Below, piece by piece: positions 8,182-17,457 of a stretch of DNA of 31,811 nucleotides (the first letter of the stretch is position 1; the number at the start of each line of letters is the position of its first letter). Under the pieces are notes generated by a model, which worked only from the letters and a program-made list of their open reading frames with translations, did not search any database and had not been told where the DNA came from. This stretch comes from a virus (lineage: Duplodnaviria; Heunggongvirae; Uroviricota; Caudoviricetes): IMG/VR virus record IMGVR_UViG_3300021431_000080, positions 132,460 to 164,270 of that record, one strand, 5' to 3'. Position numbers and translations under genes: made by a program.

Positions 8182-8651
8182 AAGATGAGAAGATAGTTCG
8201 TGCCGTTGAGGAGGTGGAAAAGAACGGTATTCATCTCATGACCACAGAGGAAATCGAGAGCCAACTTAAATCGCTTGTTGTGGGGCAGAACGACGTGCTT
8301 CCTGTGAAAATGTTCTCGTTCATCGTCCCTAACCCAGAATACGATCCTGAGAATTTCTCTCAGGAGATAGAGGATTCCGAGGAAGAGATTGACACGCTTG
8401 AACTCATGAAGAAGGAGATGGCTAGACCTGATTTCGACTTCGTGTGGCATAATACGCTTTGCCAGATACCGAAGAACTCTGATACATGGATCAAAAACCA
8501 TACAAAGAACTGTCCTACAAAGTTTGTGCATAATGAGTTCATGGAGCAATGTACGAACCACAAAGATGTAAGAAACTACTATTCTGACAAAACAATGGAG
8601 AAGATACAATCTGTAATAGACAAATATGGGGGAATTGTAAAATTTTTATAG
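8178..8651 (+). CDS. Hypothetical acidic protein
   Basis: 157 aa ORF. Confidence 0.8.
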   Translation: MKDEKIVRAVEEVEKNGIHLMTTEEIESQLKSLVVGQNDVLPVKMFSFIVPNPEYDPENFSQEIEDSEEEIDTLELMKKEMARPDFDFVWHNTLCQIPKNSDTWIKNHTKNCPTKFVHNEFMEQCTNHKDVRNYYSDKTMEKIQSVIDKYGGIVKFL

Positions 8652-8661
8652 TCTGAGCAAG

Positions 8662-8895
8662 ATGGATGAAAGAAAAAATGACAGATTGAAGGAAGAGATT
8701 GAGCTTGCAATCCACAGGAGGCTCGACCTTATTTGCAACGACGAACTGACTGCATCTGAAATACTGGATGAAGCCAAAGGAGCGACAAATGAAATCATTG
8801 ATCTGATAGCTACAAGCATAACAAACGATGTTGTTGGAGAATTTCACGAATGCGATCATACAGACCATTGTATTGATTTTATACAATTTAATTGA
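8662..8895 (+). pseudogene. 5' fragment of a gene probably interrupted by the TnpB element
   Basis: Stops 3 nt after CAATTT (8884-8889). Its frame continues in phase at 10244..10411 after a second CAATTT (10238-10243). Confidence 0.5.
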
Positions 8896-10243
8896 TTCGA
8901 TAAACTATATAAAATCATTCAAAGGTTCAAATTGAACACTTTTGGCGAAACAACATCGCCTCTATCACGTAAGCACAACAACTGTGCATCCGAGATTACT
9001 TTTCCTTTCCTTAACATTCCTATGGCACCGTTTATGTCAGCATTGATGATTTTTCCTGTAGATGACTTGAAAATCCCTCTTTTTGTACGCTTTCCTTTAT
9101 AAGTGTCGTGGTGCTTCATTTCCTCAAGAGCAACATGATCAATCTTGCTGGTATAAGACTCCTCAACCACTTCCACTGCCAAATCGGTGTACTTCGATGA
9201 CTTGTACTTCAACTGTTCGATCAAAGTGTTGAACGGAATCTGGACAAAATTCTGGTTGTTCCTTCTTCCGATGTTCACTTCCTGCTTCCATCCATCGTTG
9301 TGCCCGACAACTATCTTCTCCACCCTGTTTTCCACACAGAAATCTATTATTTGTTTGGATGCACAGTGAATATAATGACTGATTTTGTTGTTCCTCTTCG
9401 TCGTAAGTCTTTGGATTCTCCCGCTTGACTTTCTCTTGTTACATTTTTCAACCTTAGACCTATACTCTGCGAGTTTCTTGTTGTAGTATTGGTTGATGGA
9501 CTTCAGTGGTCTACCGTTAACGACGTATGAAAAGGATTTGTCGTTTGAAGTTATAGCACACAGATTGTTCACACCAAGGTCAATACCGACGCACGAGTTC
9601 TCGTCATACATGTTTCTTATCACTTCCCTGTCTTCATATATGATGTTTATCTTTGTTTTGTCGAAATGTTTCTGTACAGTCACCTGTCTCACATCCCTAA
9701 GTTTTATCTGTTTTGGAATAAAGATTCTGTAATCCGAACAAGGTATACAGAACGAGTTCGATTCTGGATCCTTCTTCCTGAATCTGCTCGAATCTATATA
9801 GATTATGTTGTAATTCCTTGATTTGTATAGATACTTCGGCATCTTTGGTCTTCCGGTAAAATTTTTGGAAGATTCCTTGTACGACATTGTAGCCTTTATC
9901 CATGAAAGCCAGCTCTTCGTGACCTGCTTCACTATAAACTGCTTGATGTTAATGTCAAGTTTAGATTCCCTTATCTTCTCCTCGTTTTTGACCTTGTCCC
10001 AAAGCTGGTTGTAAGAATAAGTCTTTATCTTCCCTTGCTCCTTTGACTCAAAATACGACTGTCTCTGGAAATATAGAGCCTGATCGTATATTATCAGAGA
10101 GTCGGACATCATTTTAAGAAGCCTGGTGTCGTCCTTTGTTACTATGTTCCAAGATTTGAGCATAAGGAATAATTATTCTTACAATATATTTATTTCAGTT
10201 TTATTTTTGAAAATTATGTTTTTGATAAAAAACTATTCAATTT
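8890..10243 (-). mobile_element. Solo-TnpB (IS200/IS605-superfamily, IS1341-like) element, inferred limits
   Basis: Only - strand gene in the window, no tnpA, flanked by CAATTT on both sides. Limits inferred from reading-frame restoration. Confidence 0.5.
8919..10163 (-). CDS. tnpB: TnpB RNA-guided endonuclease (IS605 OrfB family)
   Basis: RuvC-I VGIDLGVNNL, VEESYTSK and RuvC-III INADINGA. No CxxC zinc ribbon. Hairpin GGCGA-N7-TCGCC near the 3' end is consistent with an overlapping omegaRNA. Confidence 0.92.
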   Translation of the reverse strand: MLKSWNIVTKDDTRLLKMMSDSLIIYDQALYFQRQSYFESKEQGKIKTYSYNQLWDKVKNEEKIRESKLDINIKQFIVKQVTKSWLSWIKATMSYKESSKNFTGRPKMPKYLYKSRNYNIIYIDSSRFRKKDPESNSFCIPCSDYRIFIPKQIKLRDVRQVTVQKHFDKTKINIIYEDREVIRNMYDENSCVGIDLGVNNLCAITSNDKSFSYVVNGRPLKSINQYYNKKLAEYRSKVEKCNKRKSSGRIQRLTTKRNNKISHYIHCASKQIIDFCVENRVEKIVVGHNDGWKQEVNIGRRNNQNFVQIPFNTLIEQLKYKSSKYTDLAVEVVEESYTSKIDHVALEEMKHHDTYKGKRTKRGIFKSSTGKIINADINGAIGMLRKGKVISDAQLLCLRDRGDVVSPKVFNLNL

Positions 10244-10411
10244 GTTACGTTAAGTATATTCATCGAGGACATCAACAATGTCATGGAGAAATTTATCGGA
10301 AGATCCAATACACCGACAACGAGGGAATTATTGAAGCAACATATTGATTGTCTGTTTGATAAGTTCATATTTAGTAATGAATATAACATTTGGGTCGAGG
10401 TGAACATCTAA
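10244..10411 (+). pseudogene. Probable 3' fragment of the gene starting at 8662
   Basis: Open frame VTLSIFIEDINNVMEKFIGRS...VEVNI*, with an in-frame TAA just upstream at 10226. Confidence 0.45.
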
Positions 10412-10427
10412 ATATTTTTTGAGTTTG

Positions 10428-10459
10428 TTTGTATCTTTTGAAAATAATCAGTATCTTTG
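10428..10459 (+). promoter_or_regulatory. Bacteroidota housekeeping-sigma promoter
   Basis: TTTG (10428) - 20 nt - TATCTTTG (10452). Confidence 0.75.
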
Positions 10460-10482
10460 CATTGGATATAAACAATTGAAAA

Positions 10483-11316
10483 ATGGAAAAGAATAACCAA
10501 GAACTCATTATCGGCGATCTCTTTATGAGATTGCCGTTTGGTGTTTTTGTTGAAGACACAAAAGTCTCCGACGATCCAGTTATATATACACGGGAATACC
10601 ATCCGAACGTCAGTACATGCAAGCCATATCTACGACCAATGTCAACTATGACAAAAGACGAAGCTGCGGATATGTATTTGAAGATATATCCAGAAGATAT
10701 TGTCGAAAGTGTAGAAATCGATTTGGAAGCAAAAAGAATAAGGTTTGGCAGGACACATTGTGACGTGTTTTGCCATGTTGTGATCTTATTGGATCAGATT
10801 TATTCGATCGATCAGTTGGATTGGTACAACATGAATGGATTCGACTATAGGGATCTTATCGGAAAAGGGTTGGCTTATGAGGCAACGGGAAAAATGTATA
10901 GCAATTCAACATCGAAAAAAGATATGCGCAAATTCAAGTATTTAAGCGAGTGCAACGAAGGCGACTGGGTATACCATGAAGCTGGTGAGCTTGCACAGGT
11001 TTGTAAAAGTGAAGGCGGATTCAATAAGTTTTGCCTGCGGACAGGATATATCGAAAGTTCCGTCAACAACGACACTTATAAAGTTTATCCGATAACACTT
11101 CACACAAAGGTGATAGCCGAAGGGATCCATTCGTACTATGTTAAGATGCACGAGAAGCGACTGATAAACGGAAGCAAATGGGTGAACTGGCTCGAGGAGA
11201 AGTTCCATAAGCTCATGGAACTCCCAGAAGACGCAGATCGTGAAGACTACATGAAAGTGTGGCGCGAGATTGAGGAAAAAATTCAGGAACTTGAGTATCA
11301 TAAATCATTCTTGTAA
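10483..11316 (+). CDS. PYLRPMS-family paralog 1 fused to an additional C-terminal domain
   Basis: CKPYLRPMSTMT...FDYRDLIGKGLAYEA, followed by about 130 extra aa. Confidence 0.85.
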   Translation: MEKNNQELIIGDLFMRLPFGVFVEDTKVSDDPVIYTREYHPNVSTCKPYLRPMSTMTKDEAADMYLKIYPEDIVESVEIDLEAKRIRFGRTHCDVFCHVVILLDQIYSIDQLDWYNMNGFDYRDLIGKGLAYEATGKMYSNSTSKKDMRKFKYLSECNEGDWVYHEAGELAQVCKSEGGFNKFCLRTGYIESSVNNDTYKVYPITLHTKVIAEGIHSYYVKMHEKRLINGSKWVNWLEEKFHKLMELPEDADREDYMKVWREIEEKIQELEYHKSFL

Positions 11317-11320
11317 TAAC

Positions 11321-11596
11321 ATGGAACAGATATCATTTGGTTTAATCGGAGCAATTATCGGTATTATAGGAGTAATGTGTGTCTTACTTCCAATAATGCT
11401 CCGTCAGGAAAAATGGCAGAGAAAGCACACCTACTACACAGAGGAAGTGATGAAGAATTATTTCGTTAAAGCGATAGAGGAAGCCCAGTCAAAAGCCGAA
11501 AAAGGATACAAGCTGACTCACACTGACAAGGAGTCTTGGTTCAAGGACTTCATGGTATGTGTTGATGACGAGATGAAGAATTACAAGGAGAAATAA
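11321..11596 (+). CDS. Membrane-anchored hypothetical protein
   Basis: N-terminal hydrophobic helix FGLIGAIIGIIGVMCVLLPIML; ATG 11321 preferred. Confidence 0.75.
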   Translation: MEQISFGLIGAIIGIIGVMCVLLPIMLRQEKWQRKHTYYTEEVMKNYFVKAIEEAQSKAEKGYKLTHTDKESWFKDFMVCVDDEMKNYKEK

Positions 11597-11604
11597 CAAA
11601 CACC

Positions 11605-11805
11605 ATGAAATCAAAGGAAGCGTCGGTAAGGGAGTATCTCGGAATAGTCTCCAGCTGTATCTCAAAGAAGAACTACATCATGGAGAACCTTAAGATGTAC
11701 GGTATGAACACCACCTTGCAGGAGATAGTTGACTCGCTTGATGAACAGAAGGAGAAATATGACAACCTTGTCAGTGACATATTTTTTCGTTCGGAATCAG
11801 ACTAA
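11605..11805 (+). CDS. Hypothetical protein
   Basis: 66 aa ORF, operon packing. Confidence 0.65.
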   Translation: MKSKEASVREYLGIVSSCISKKNYIMENLKMYGMNTTLQEIVDSLDEQKEKYDNLVSDIFFRSESD

Positions 11806-11851
11806 GCACCAAACAGCATCGATGGTGTGGAATCAAAATAAAGAAACATCT

Positions 11852-12136
11852 ATGATTGAATTTTATGAAAAAAGCGACGAGGAGCTCTATGATCTTTTGC
11901 TCTTGGAATACAAAGATCTTGCACATTCGAAATTTAAAGGTCGCATGAAACCATATGCTGAGATCGAAGGACGTATTTGTGGAGAAGTGATTGCTTTCAG
12001 GCATCCGCACTCTATCAGTTGGTGCAGGTTCAAAGGAACGTTTACAGAACTTCGAGACAAACTTGCGTTTGACTTTCCAATTTGGTTTCCAGATGTGAAA
12101 TTTTATATAGAAATATCGTCTCCTATTTGTTTTTAA
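11852..12136 (+). CDS. Hypothetical protein
   Basis: Likely start ATG 11852 within ORF 11729..12136. Confidence 0.7.
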   Translation: MIEFYEKSDEELYDLLLLEYKDLAHSKFKGRMKPYAEIEGRICGEVIAFRHPHSISWCRFKGTFTELRDKLAFDFPIWFPDVKFYIEISSPICF

Positions 12137-12155
12137 TTTTTAAATAATATATTTG
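12126..12155 (+). promoter_or_regulatory. Candidate Bacteroidota promoter
   Basis: TTTG (12126) - 18 nt - TATATTTG (12148). Confidence 0.45.
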
Positions 12156-12168
12156 TATCATAATCGCA

Positions 12169-12858
12169 ATGAACATTATCGAAACACTCATAGAAGCAAC
12201 AAAGAACGACGAGATTAAATGGATTGAAACGAGTTCCTATCTTTCTTATTCGACTCGTTTCAAAGATAAACATTATCTGATCTCTCAGTATTTTGATGAC
12301 ACGTCGATTTATGAAATGAACGAATGCTATGACTTCATTGGCATTGACGAGTTTCACAACACTGATGTCCTGAAAAAATTATATTCGATCATTATGGACA
12401 AATATCCACTGTTTAGGCAGAGGGTTTTGGATTGCCTTAGAAATATCAGAGAAAGAGAGGCTGAGGATGAACATTGTAAGAAAAAGATAAACATAACACC
12501 TGAACTTACAGACAGGATCGATGGAAGATGTTTCCTTGATCTAGACATGAACGATAGAATCGAGGCTTTCCGTTTCATCAAGACATCCACAGGAATCGAC
12601 ATGGTTTCCGTTGGATGCAACGATCATTGGGGGTATTCCCATCTATGGCATGATGACTACGGCGAATATGAAATCGGAGACACCTTCTGTGGTATATGGA
12701 TAGACATGGTCGAGACAAACTGTTATCTTGTCAGGGAAATCTCACAGGAGAAATTTGACAAAGCCAACATAATAGTCAACGATATCATGGAGAATGCTGA
12801 GAAGAGATTGTGTGAGTTCAAAAAGAGACAAAAAGAATTTGGTTTATTAAGAGAGTAA
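12169..12858 (+). CDS. Hypothetical protein
   Basis: 229 aa ORF. Confidence 0.8.
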   Translation: MNIIETLIEATKNDEIKWIETSSYLSYSTRFKDKHYLISQYFDDTSIYEMNECYDFIGIDEFHNTDVLKKLYSIIMDKYPLFRQRVLDCLRNIREREAEDEHCKKKINITPELTDRIDGRCFLDLDMNDRIEAFRFIKTSTGIDMVSVGCNDHWGYSHLWHDDYGEYEIGDTFCGIWIDMVETNCYLVREISQEKFDKANIIVNDIMENAEKRLCEFKKRQKEFGLLRE

Positions 12859-12864
12859 GATATT

Positions 12865-13137
12865 ATGAAGATAATTAGACTTTTACCAGTGGTTGTACTA
12901 ATGATATCATGCGGCAGTGACATTGCTACGATGCCAACAAGTGAAGCAAACATTGTCAGCAAAACAGAAAGTGAGCTGATTGTTGTTTCAAATCCATATA
13001 AGGTTGTCGGAGATAATGACATGTCTGTTTCAAAAATAGAAATAGAAGGGCATGAATATATTGCAATCTGGGGACGACTCGCTTCAGCTCCGTCCGTGAT
13101 ACACAGTGCAAGCTGTCCGTGCAGGGAACTAAAATGA
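12865..13137 (+). CDS. Putative lipoprotein
   Basis: Signal-like MKIIRLLPVVVLMIS-C lipobox; C-terminal HSASCPC. Confidence 0.7.
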   Translation: MKIIRLLPVVVLMISCGSDIATMPTSEANIVSKTESELIVVSNPYKVVGDNDMSVSKIEIEGHEYIAIWGRLASAPSVIHSASCPCRELK

Positions 13138-13535
13138 TTCACAAAATGACAGAACAGGAAAAACAACTTTTGCTTGTTGATCTCTGTGAGAGAATTCCGT
13201 ACAAGATAATGTTCATGTATAATGGAAAGTACGGTGAAGAGAGATGGCCAATTGTGCTGAACGAAATCAACAGAGTCAACGTAAACTCTATGTACGAGAT
13301 AGAGGGATGTAAACCATACCTCAGACCGATGTCGGACATGACAACAGAGGAAGACCACGAATTTGCCCTTCTACAGAACGATTTCTACTCAGATGGTCAG
13401 TTATACCCAATAGCGGCAGAAAACCTCTTAGAGTGGCTAAAACGTGGCAATTTTGACTATCGTGGACTCATACATAGAGGTCTCGCGTTGAAAGCGCCGA
13501 AATGGATGTACCATAAACTTAACAGAAACAGATAA
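13134..13535 (+). CDS. PYLRPMS-family paralog 2
   Basis: CKPYLRPMSDMT...FDYRGLIHRGLALKAPKWMY; start by ATGA overlap. Confidence 0.85.
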   Translation: MIHKMTEQEKQLLLVDLCERIPYKIMFMYNGKYGEERWPIVLNEINRVNVNSMYEIEGCKPYLRPMSDMTTEEDHEFALLQNDFYSDGQLYPIAAENLLEWLKRGNFDYRGLIHRGLALKAPKWMYHKLNRNR

Positions 13536-13540
13536 TCGGC

Positions 13541-13983
13541 ATGGAAAGAAACGAAGCTATAAAAATCGTGAAAAGCAACTGGCCAGAGGGAAGAGAACAG
13601 TTGAGTGAAGCACTGGAGACTCTAATTCCTGAATTCAGGAAAACAGAAGACGAGAAGGTTGCAGATGAAATCATAGACTTTATCCACTACAACGGAGGAG
13701 GATATCCATTCGGATCGAAGGAGAAGTGGAAGTCATGGATTAACGACAGGAGAAAATCGACGTGGACAGAGGAGGATGATCGGATAATGGCATCAATCAT
13801 CAGTGATACTGTGCAGGAAGTCCCTCTTGACGACGAACAGATAAACTGGATTAATCTTTTAAAGCAAGAAAATGTTGGAAACCTACAAACGAGCAACTTG
13901 GAAGTCTTGCTTCTGCATGTAACGGGCATATCCTTAATCTAGATTATCTGAACTCTCTATACAATGACCTGAAGAAACTCTGA
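13541..13983 (+). CDS. NWPEG/LIPE-family protein with a -1 frameshift near 13858-13875
   Basis: The 0-frame stops at 13942. The -1 frame (WKPTNEQL...SLYNDLKKL*) ends at 13983, 1 nt before the next ATG. N-terminus is paralogous to 15945..16664. Confidence 0.65.
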
Positions 13984-13984
13984 T

Positions 13985-14275
13985 ATGAAAGTTGAAACAA
14001 CAAAATATAAAGATGTTTTCGTTGAACACCCAGACGGAGGTCACTGTAACGTGGCAGGGATGACAACCGAGTGTTACGGATGCGTTTGTTACGGCTGCGG
14101 TTTGGTTGGCATGTGCAATGACAATGTCAAGAAATTAAGGGAATGGATTTGTAAGGTATACAAGATACCGCGTGAATTTTTATTCAACGACAACGGAAGC
14201 CTAACAGATATCAGGGTTGACGATGAGAAGTTCAACCAATTCATAGAAAAACTTAAATCTCACAGTAATGGATAA
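13985..14275 (+). CDS. Cys-rich hypothetical protein
   Basis: HCNV...ECYGCVCYGCG. Confidence 0.7.
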   Translation: MKVETTKYKDVFVEHPDGGHCNVAGMTTECYGCVCYGCGLVGMCNDNVKKLREWICKVYKIPREFLFNDNGSLTDIRVDDEKFNQFIEKLKSHSNG

Positions 14276-14597
14276 CCCAATTATAATATTCTGCCCGGGA
14301 GAGATAGCCGATGAAGTGAAATCAGTAATAATGGAGAAATTCCCGAAATCTGGGATCAGGATTTTCACCGACGAGGAACAGAGCGATGAAATTGCCCAGA
14401 AGATTGTTGACAAGATTTTCAAGAAACTTGATGAGACTGATTCTCCGATGCCAGTGAAACCGAGAGTCAACCCGTTCAATCCACATGAAAACCAGCTTCC
14501 GGCACTCATGTACGGCTGCATTCAGACTGATTTCCACAATATATCTCAGGTTGACGACATCATACTGAAATTGAACACAGAAACCAACAAAGATTAA
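14268..14597 (+). CDS. Hypothetical protein
   Basis: 109 aa ORF overlapping the upstream stop. Confidence 0.7.
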   Translation: MDNPIIIFCPGEIADEVKSVIMEKFPKSGIRIFTDEEQSDEIAQKIVDKIFKKLDETDSPMPVKPRVNPFNPHENQLPALMYGCIQTDFHNISQVDDIILKLNTETNKD

Positions 14598-14608
14598 AAC
14601 GACAAGCT

Positions 14609-15487
14609 ATGGATAAAAATCTAATTGAAAAGAAAACAAAGCAGTTCATTGAGAGATTCAGGGACTCGTATGCCGAGAACTCTGAACGGTACAACTATGA
14701 TCCTGAACTCAAGGAAATGTCAGATGATGATATAAAGGGAATAATCGAGGAATATTTCTCGTTTGGCAAACTCACTGAAGCCAACAAATATTTCTATCAT
14801 GCCTTCGATAAGTTTGTTCCTGACACATGGGATCAAATCGACCATTCGCTTGAACACGAAGTGATGGAACAGACCCAAGAATTCAAGCAGTGGCGACATC
14901 ACGCACATGCATCATCGGCTTGGTACAGCGCGTTCCAAGACACCCAGTTGGAAAAAGCGTTCTGTGATTTTCACGGAAAAGTCAGGACCGATGAGGAAGC
15001 CGCGAAGCTCGCCGCCGACAAATGGTGTGAGCTATTGTTCAATTGGCACCTGCAGGACAACGGTGCCCTGAATGAGGATCATCCAGGAGGGTTTGCCGCG
15101 TGTGCACTCGGAACAATTCTTGCCGACAAGTCACGCGAGCGAATAACCGAGGAGATGAAGAAGAAAGCCCACGAGCTGTTCTATCAATATTACCTCGGCA
15201 GCATACGTATACAGAACAGCCGTGACTATTCTGCGGTGAAATGGGCACAGGAGAACCTGAAGGATCCAGATACGGAGAAACCGTATACGTGGAATGCCAA
15301 CAGTTTCCTGTCGGACTTGATGTACTGTGACTACAGTCCGTACATGCCTCTGTATCTCATCCTTGTCAATGCAGGAATACCAGAACGTGATGCTACATCG
15401 ATATGCCCGTGGAAGACAGGTATATCTATACGGGCACTTGACAATACTGTTGAGTACAAAACATACCAGAAACGCGAAGAGTTATGA
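14609..15487 (+). CDS. Hypothetical protein
   Basis: 292 aa ORF. Confidence 0.85.
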   Translation: MDKNLIEKKTKQFIERFRDSYAENSERYNYDPELKEMSDDDIKGIIEEYFSFGKLTEANKYFYHAFDKFVPDTWDQIDHSLEHEVMEQTQEFKQWRHHAHASSAWYSAFQDTQLEKAFCDFHGKVRTDEEAAKLAADKWCELLFNWHLQDNGALNEDHPGGFAACALGTILADKSRERITEEMKKKAHELFYQYYLGSIRIQNSRDYSAVKWAQENLKDPDTEKPYTWNANSFLSDLMYCDYSPYMPLYLILVNAGIPERDATSICPWKTGISIRALDNTVEYKTYQKREEL

Positions 15488-15939
15488 CAAAGGAAGATTT
15501 CAATCTGCTGCTGACAGATATATATCCAAGATTACGATACGGTCTTGTTGTAAGATGTGATGCGGGAAACCTCACATTGTCGTACATTATTCATTCAAAA
15601 ACATTAGGCTACTTTGGTGCTATAGAGGAATACGATGGGTATGATTTCCCTATTGACGAATGTAAACCTTATCTTCGTCCGATGCCAAGTATCACCGATG
15701 AAGAGTTTTCTGAACTTCATGGTTTATGCCCTCACAGTACATTGAATAAGACAAACGCAACTGATTGGGTTATTGGAATCGACGGCAGTGATTATGGAAG
15801 GATCTCGCGTATAGATGAAATGACTGTTCTTTTTGATTGGCTAAATGCTCATCATTTCGATTACAGAGGATTGATCCAAAAAGAACTTGCTTTGGAAGCA
15901 CCGAAATGGATGTATAACAAATTAAGCAAAAACAAATAA
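15484..15939 (+). CDS. PYLRPMS-family paralog 3
   Basis: CKPYLRPMPSIT...HHFDYRGLIQKELALEAPKWMY. Confidence 0.85.
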   Translation: MTKEDFNLLLTDIYPRLRYGLVVRCDAGNLTLSYIIHSKTLGYFGAIEEYDGYDFPIDECKPYLRPMPSITDEEFSELHGLCPHSTLNKTNATDWVIGIDGSDYGRISRIDEMTVLFDWLNAHHFDYRGLIQKELALEAPKWMYNKLSKNK

Positions 15940-15944
15940 TCAAT

Positions 15945-16664
15945 ATGGATAGAAACGAAGCGATAAAAGTCATAAAGCATAATTGGCCAGAAGGCAGGCA
16001 TCGACTCAGCGAGGCATTAAAGACTCTTATTCCAGAATTGAATGAAAGTGATGATGAGAGAATAATACAGGCGATTGGTTACGCAATAACAAATAGTAAG
16101 CATGAAGATGGAACTATCTTGAATGGAGTAACAGAAAATGAAGCTCTTTCTTGGCTTGAAAAAGTGACTGAAGAAGTCCCACGTATGATTCAATGGAAAG
16201 GAGATAACCTAAAAGAGGTTGTTGAATTTACAGGCAAATCACATAAGTTTGGAGAATGGTTTAAGACTTGGGAGGAATATGAAAATTATGTACACTCCCA
16301 TGGTGATATTTTTAAACTCTTTGATGAAGCGGGAAATCATTATGAAGTTCCTGTTGGAGCTTGGATAGTGAAGACACCTGATGGATACAATGCACCATCA
16401 AAAGCAAAATATAAACATAATATTGAGCAGAAGCCTGCTGACAAGATTGAACCAAAGTTCAAAATCGGTGATACTATTGTAGAAAAAGACCTTGATGAAT
16501 GTGGTTGTGGGACTATTGTAAATATTAAAGATGGTAAGTACATTTTTGATGATGGATTCTTTATTCGTATAAAAGAACAAGATCTTTGGCAACTTGTTGA
16601 GCAGAAACCTACTTTGAGTGAAAAGGATGAAAGGAGAATAAGTTATGTGGATAGCAAGAAATAA
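15945..16664 (+). CDS. NWPEG/LIPE-family modular protein
   Basis: MDRNEAIKVIKHNWPEG...LIPELNESDDERI; internal PKFKIGD SH3-like module. Confidence 0.85.
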   Translation: MDRNEAIKVIKHNWPEGRHRLSEALKTLIPELNESDDERIIQAIGYAITNSKHEDGTILNGVTENEALSWLEKVTEEVPRMIQWKGDNLKEVVEFTGKSHKFGEWFKTWEEYENYVHSHGDIFKLFDEAGNHYEVPVGAWIVKTPDGYNAPSKAKYKHNIEQKPADKIEPKFKIGDTIVEKDLDECGCGTIVNIKDGKYIFDDGFFIRIKEQDLWQLVEQKPTLSEKDERRISYVDSKK

Positions 16665-16971
16665 AAATGGTGAACTAAGAATTTTTGAAGAACCACCAAG
16701 GAGATTCCATGAAGGTCCTATGTTAGATTCAAATCTAATAGGATTTAATGATGCTGTTTCTGTTGGTAATGACGAATATAGTTTCTGGGCAGTGCAGGAA
16801 TTTTACCAATCTAATAGAATTGATGATAGAAAGCACTGTGGAATTAGGATTAAGACAGAGAGAATAGAAAACGGAAAGAAAGTTTGGTATTCATATGTAC
16901 CTGAATGTGCTAAAGAACTTACTTGGGAAGATGAACCTATTGAAATAGAGATACAGCTGAAAAAAGAATAA
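16645..16971 (+). CDS. Hypothetical protein (MWIAR...LTWEDEP type)
   Basis: 108 aa ORF overlapping the upstream gene. Confidence 0.8.
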   Translation: MWIARNKNGELRIFEEPPRRFHEGPMLDSNLIGFNDAVSVGNDEYSFWAVQEFYQSNRIDDRKHCGIRIKTERIENGKKVWYSYVPECAKELTWEDEPIEIEIQLKKE

Positions 16972-17100
16972 AAGTAAAATAGTATGAAAGAAATTGATAG
17001 TTTGATAACATATTTAATGTTAAAACAGCAATAACATTATTTAGAACGAAGAAACAAAGTAGTTAGACTAACAAAAATTTATCTTGAAAAGAGAATAAAC

Positions 17101-17454
17101 ATGACACAGAGAAAACTACCTGAGAAATATAAGACTTGCGATTGGCTGTGGAACTATGGGTCTATCGGCTTGGCAAAAGAACATATCAAGAGATTGAATA
17201 ATGCAATCAACATTCTTGAGTCTGTTCATGAATACACAGACGCAAAGTATCTTAAAGAGATAAAGGATAAACTGCTTGAAGATACACCAGAACCAAAGAT
17301 TGAGAAATTTAATACTAATACCTTTATCGAAAAGGCTTGTGAATTTCTTAAAACAAATGCTGGCGAGCATATCTATTTTGATGAATGTAACCATGAATGG
17401 TACGACACTGAAGAACTTATTAATGACTTCAAAGATTATATGAAAGGGGAATAA
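17101..17454 (+). CDS. Hypothetical protein
   Basis: 117 aa ORF. Confidence 0.75.
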   Translation: MTQRKLPEKYKTCDWLWNYGSIGLAKEHIKRLNNAINILESVHEYTDAKYLKEIKDKLLEDTPEPKIEKFNTNTFIEKACEFLKTNAGEHIYFDECNHEWYDTEELINDFKDYMKGE

Positions 17455-17457
17455 TGT

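Noticed and set aside
8874-8917. 10-bp inverted repeat TGATTTTATA/TATAAAATCA between convergent genes
   Set aside because: Almost all AT with a 24-nt loop; too weak to call a terminator or element end.
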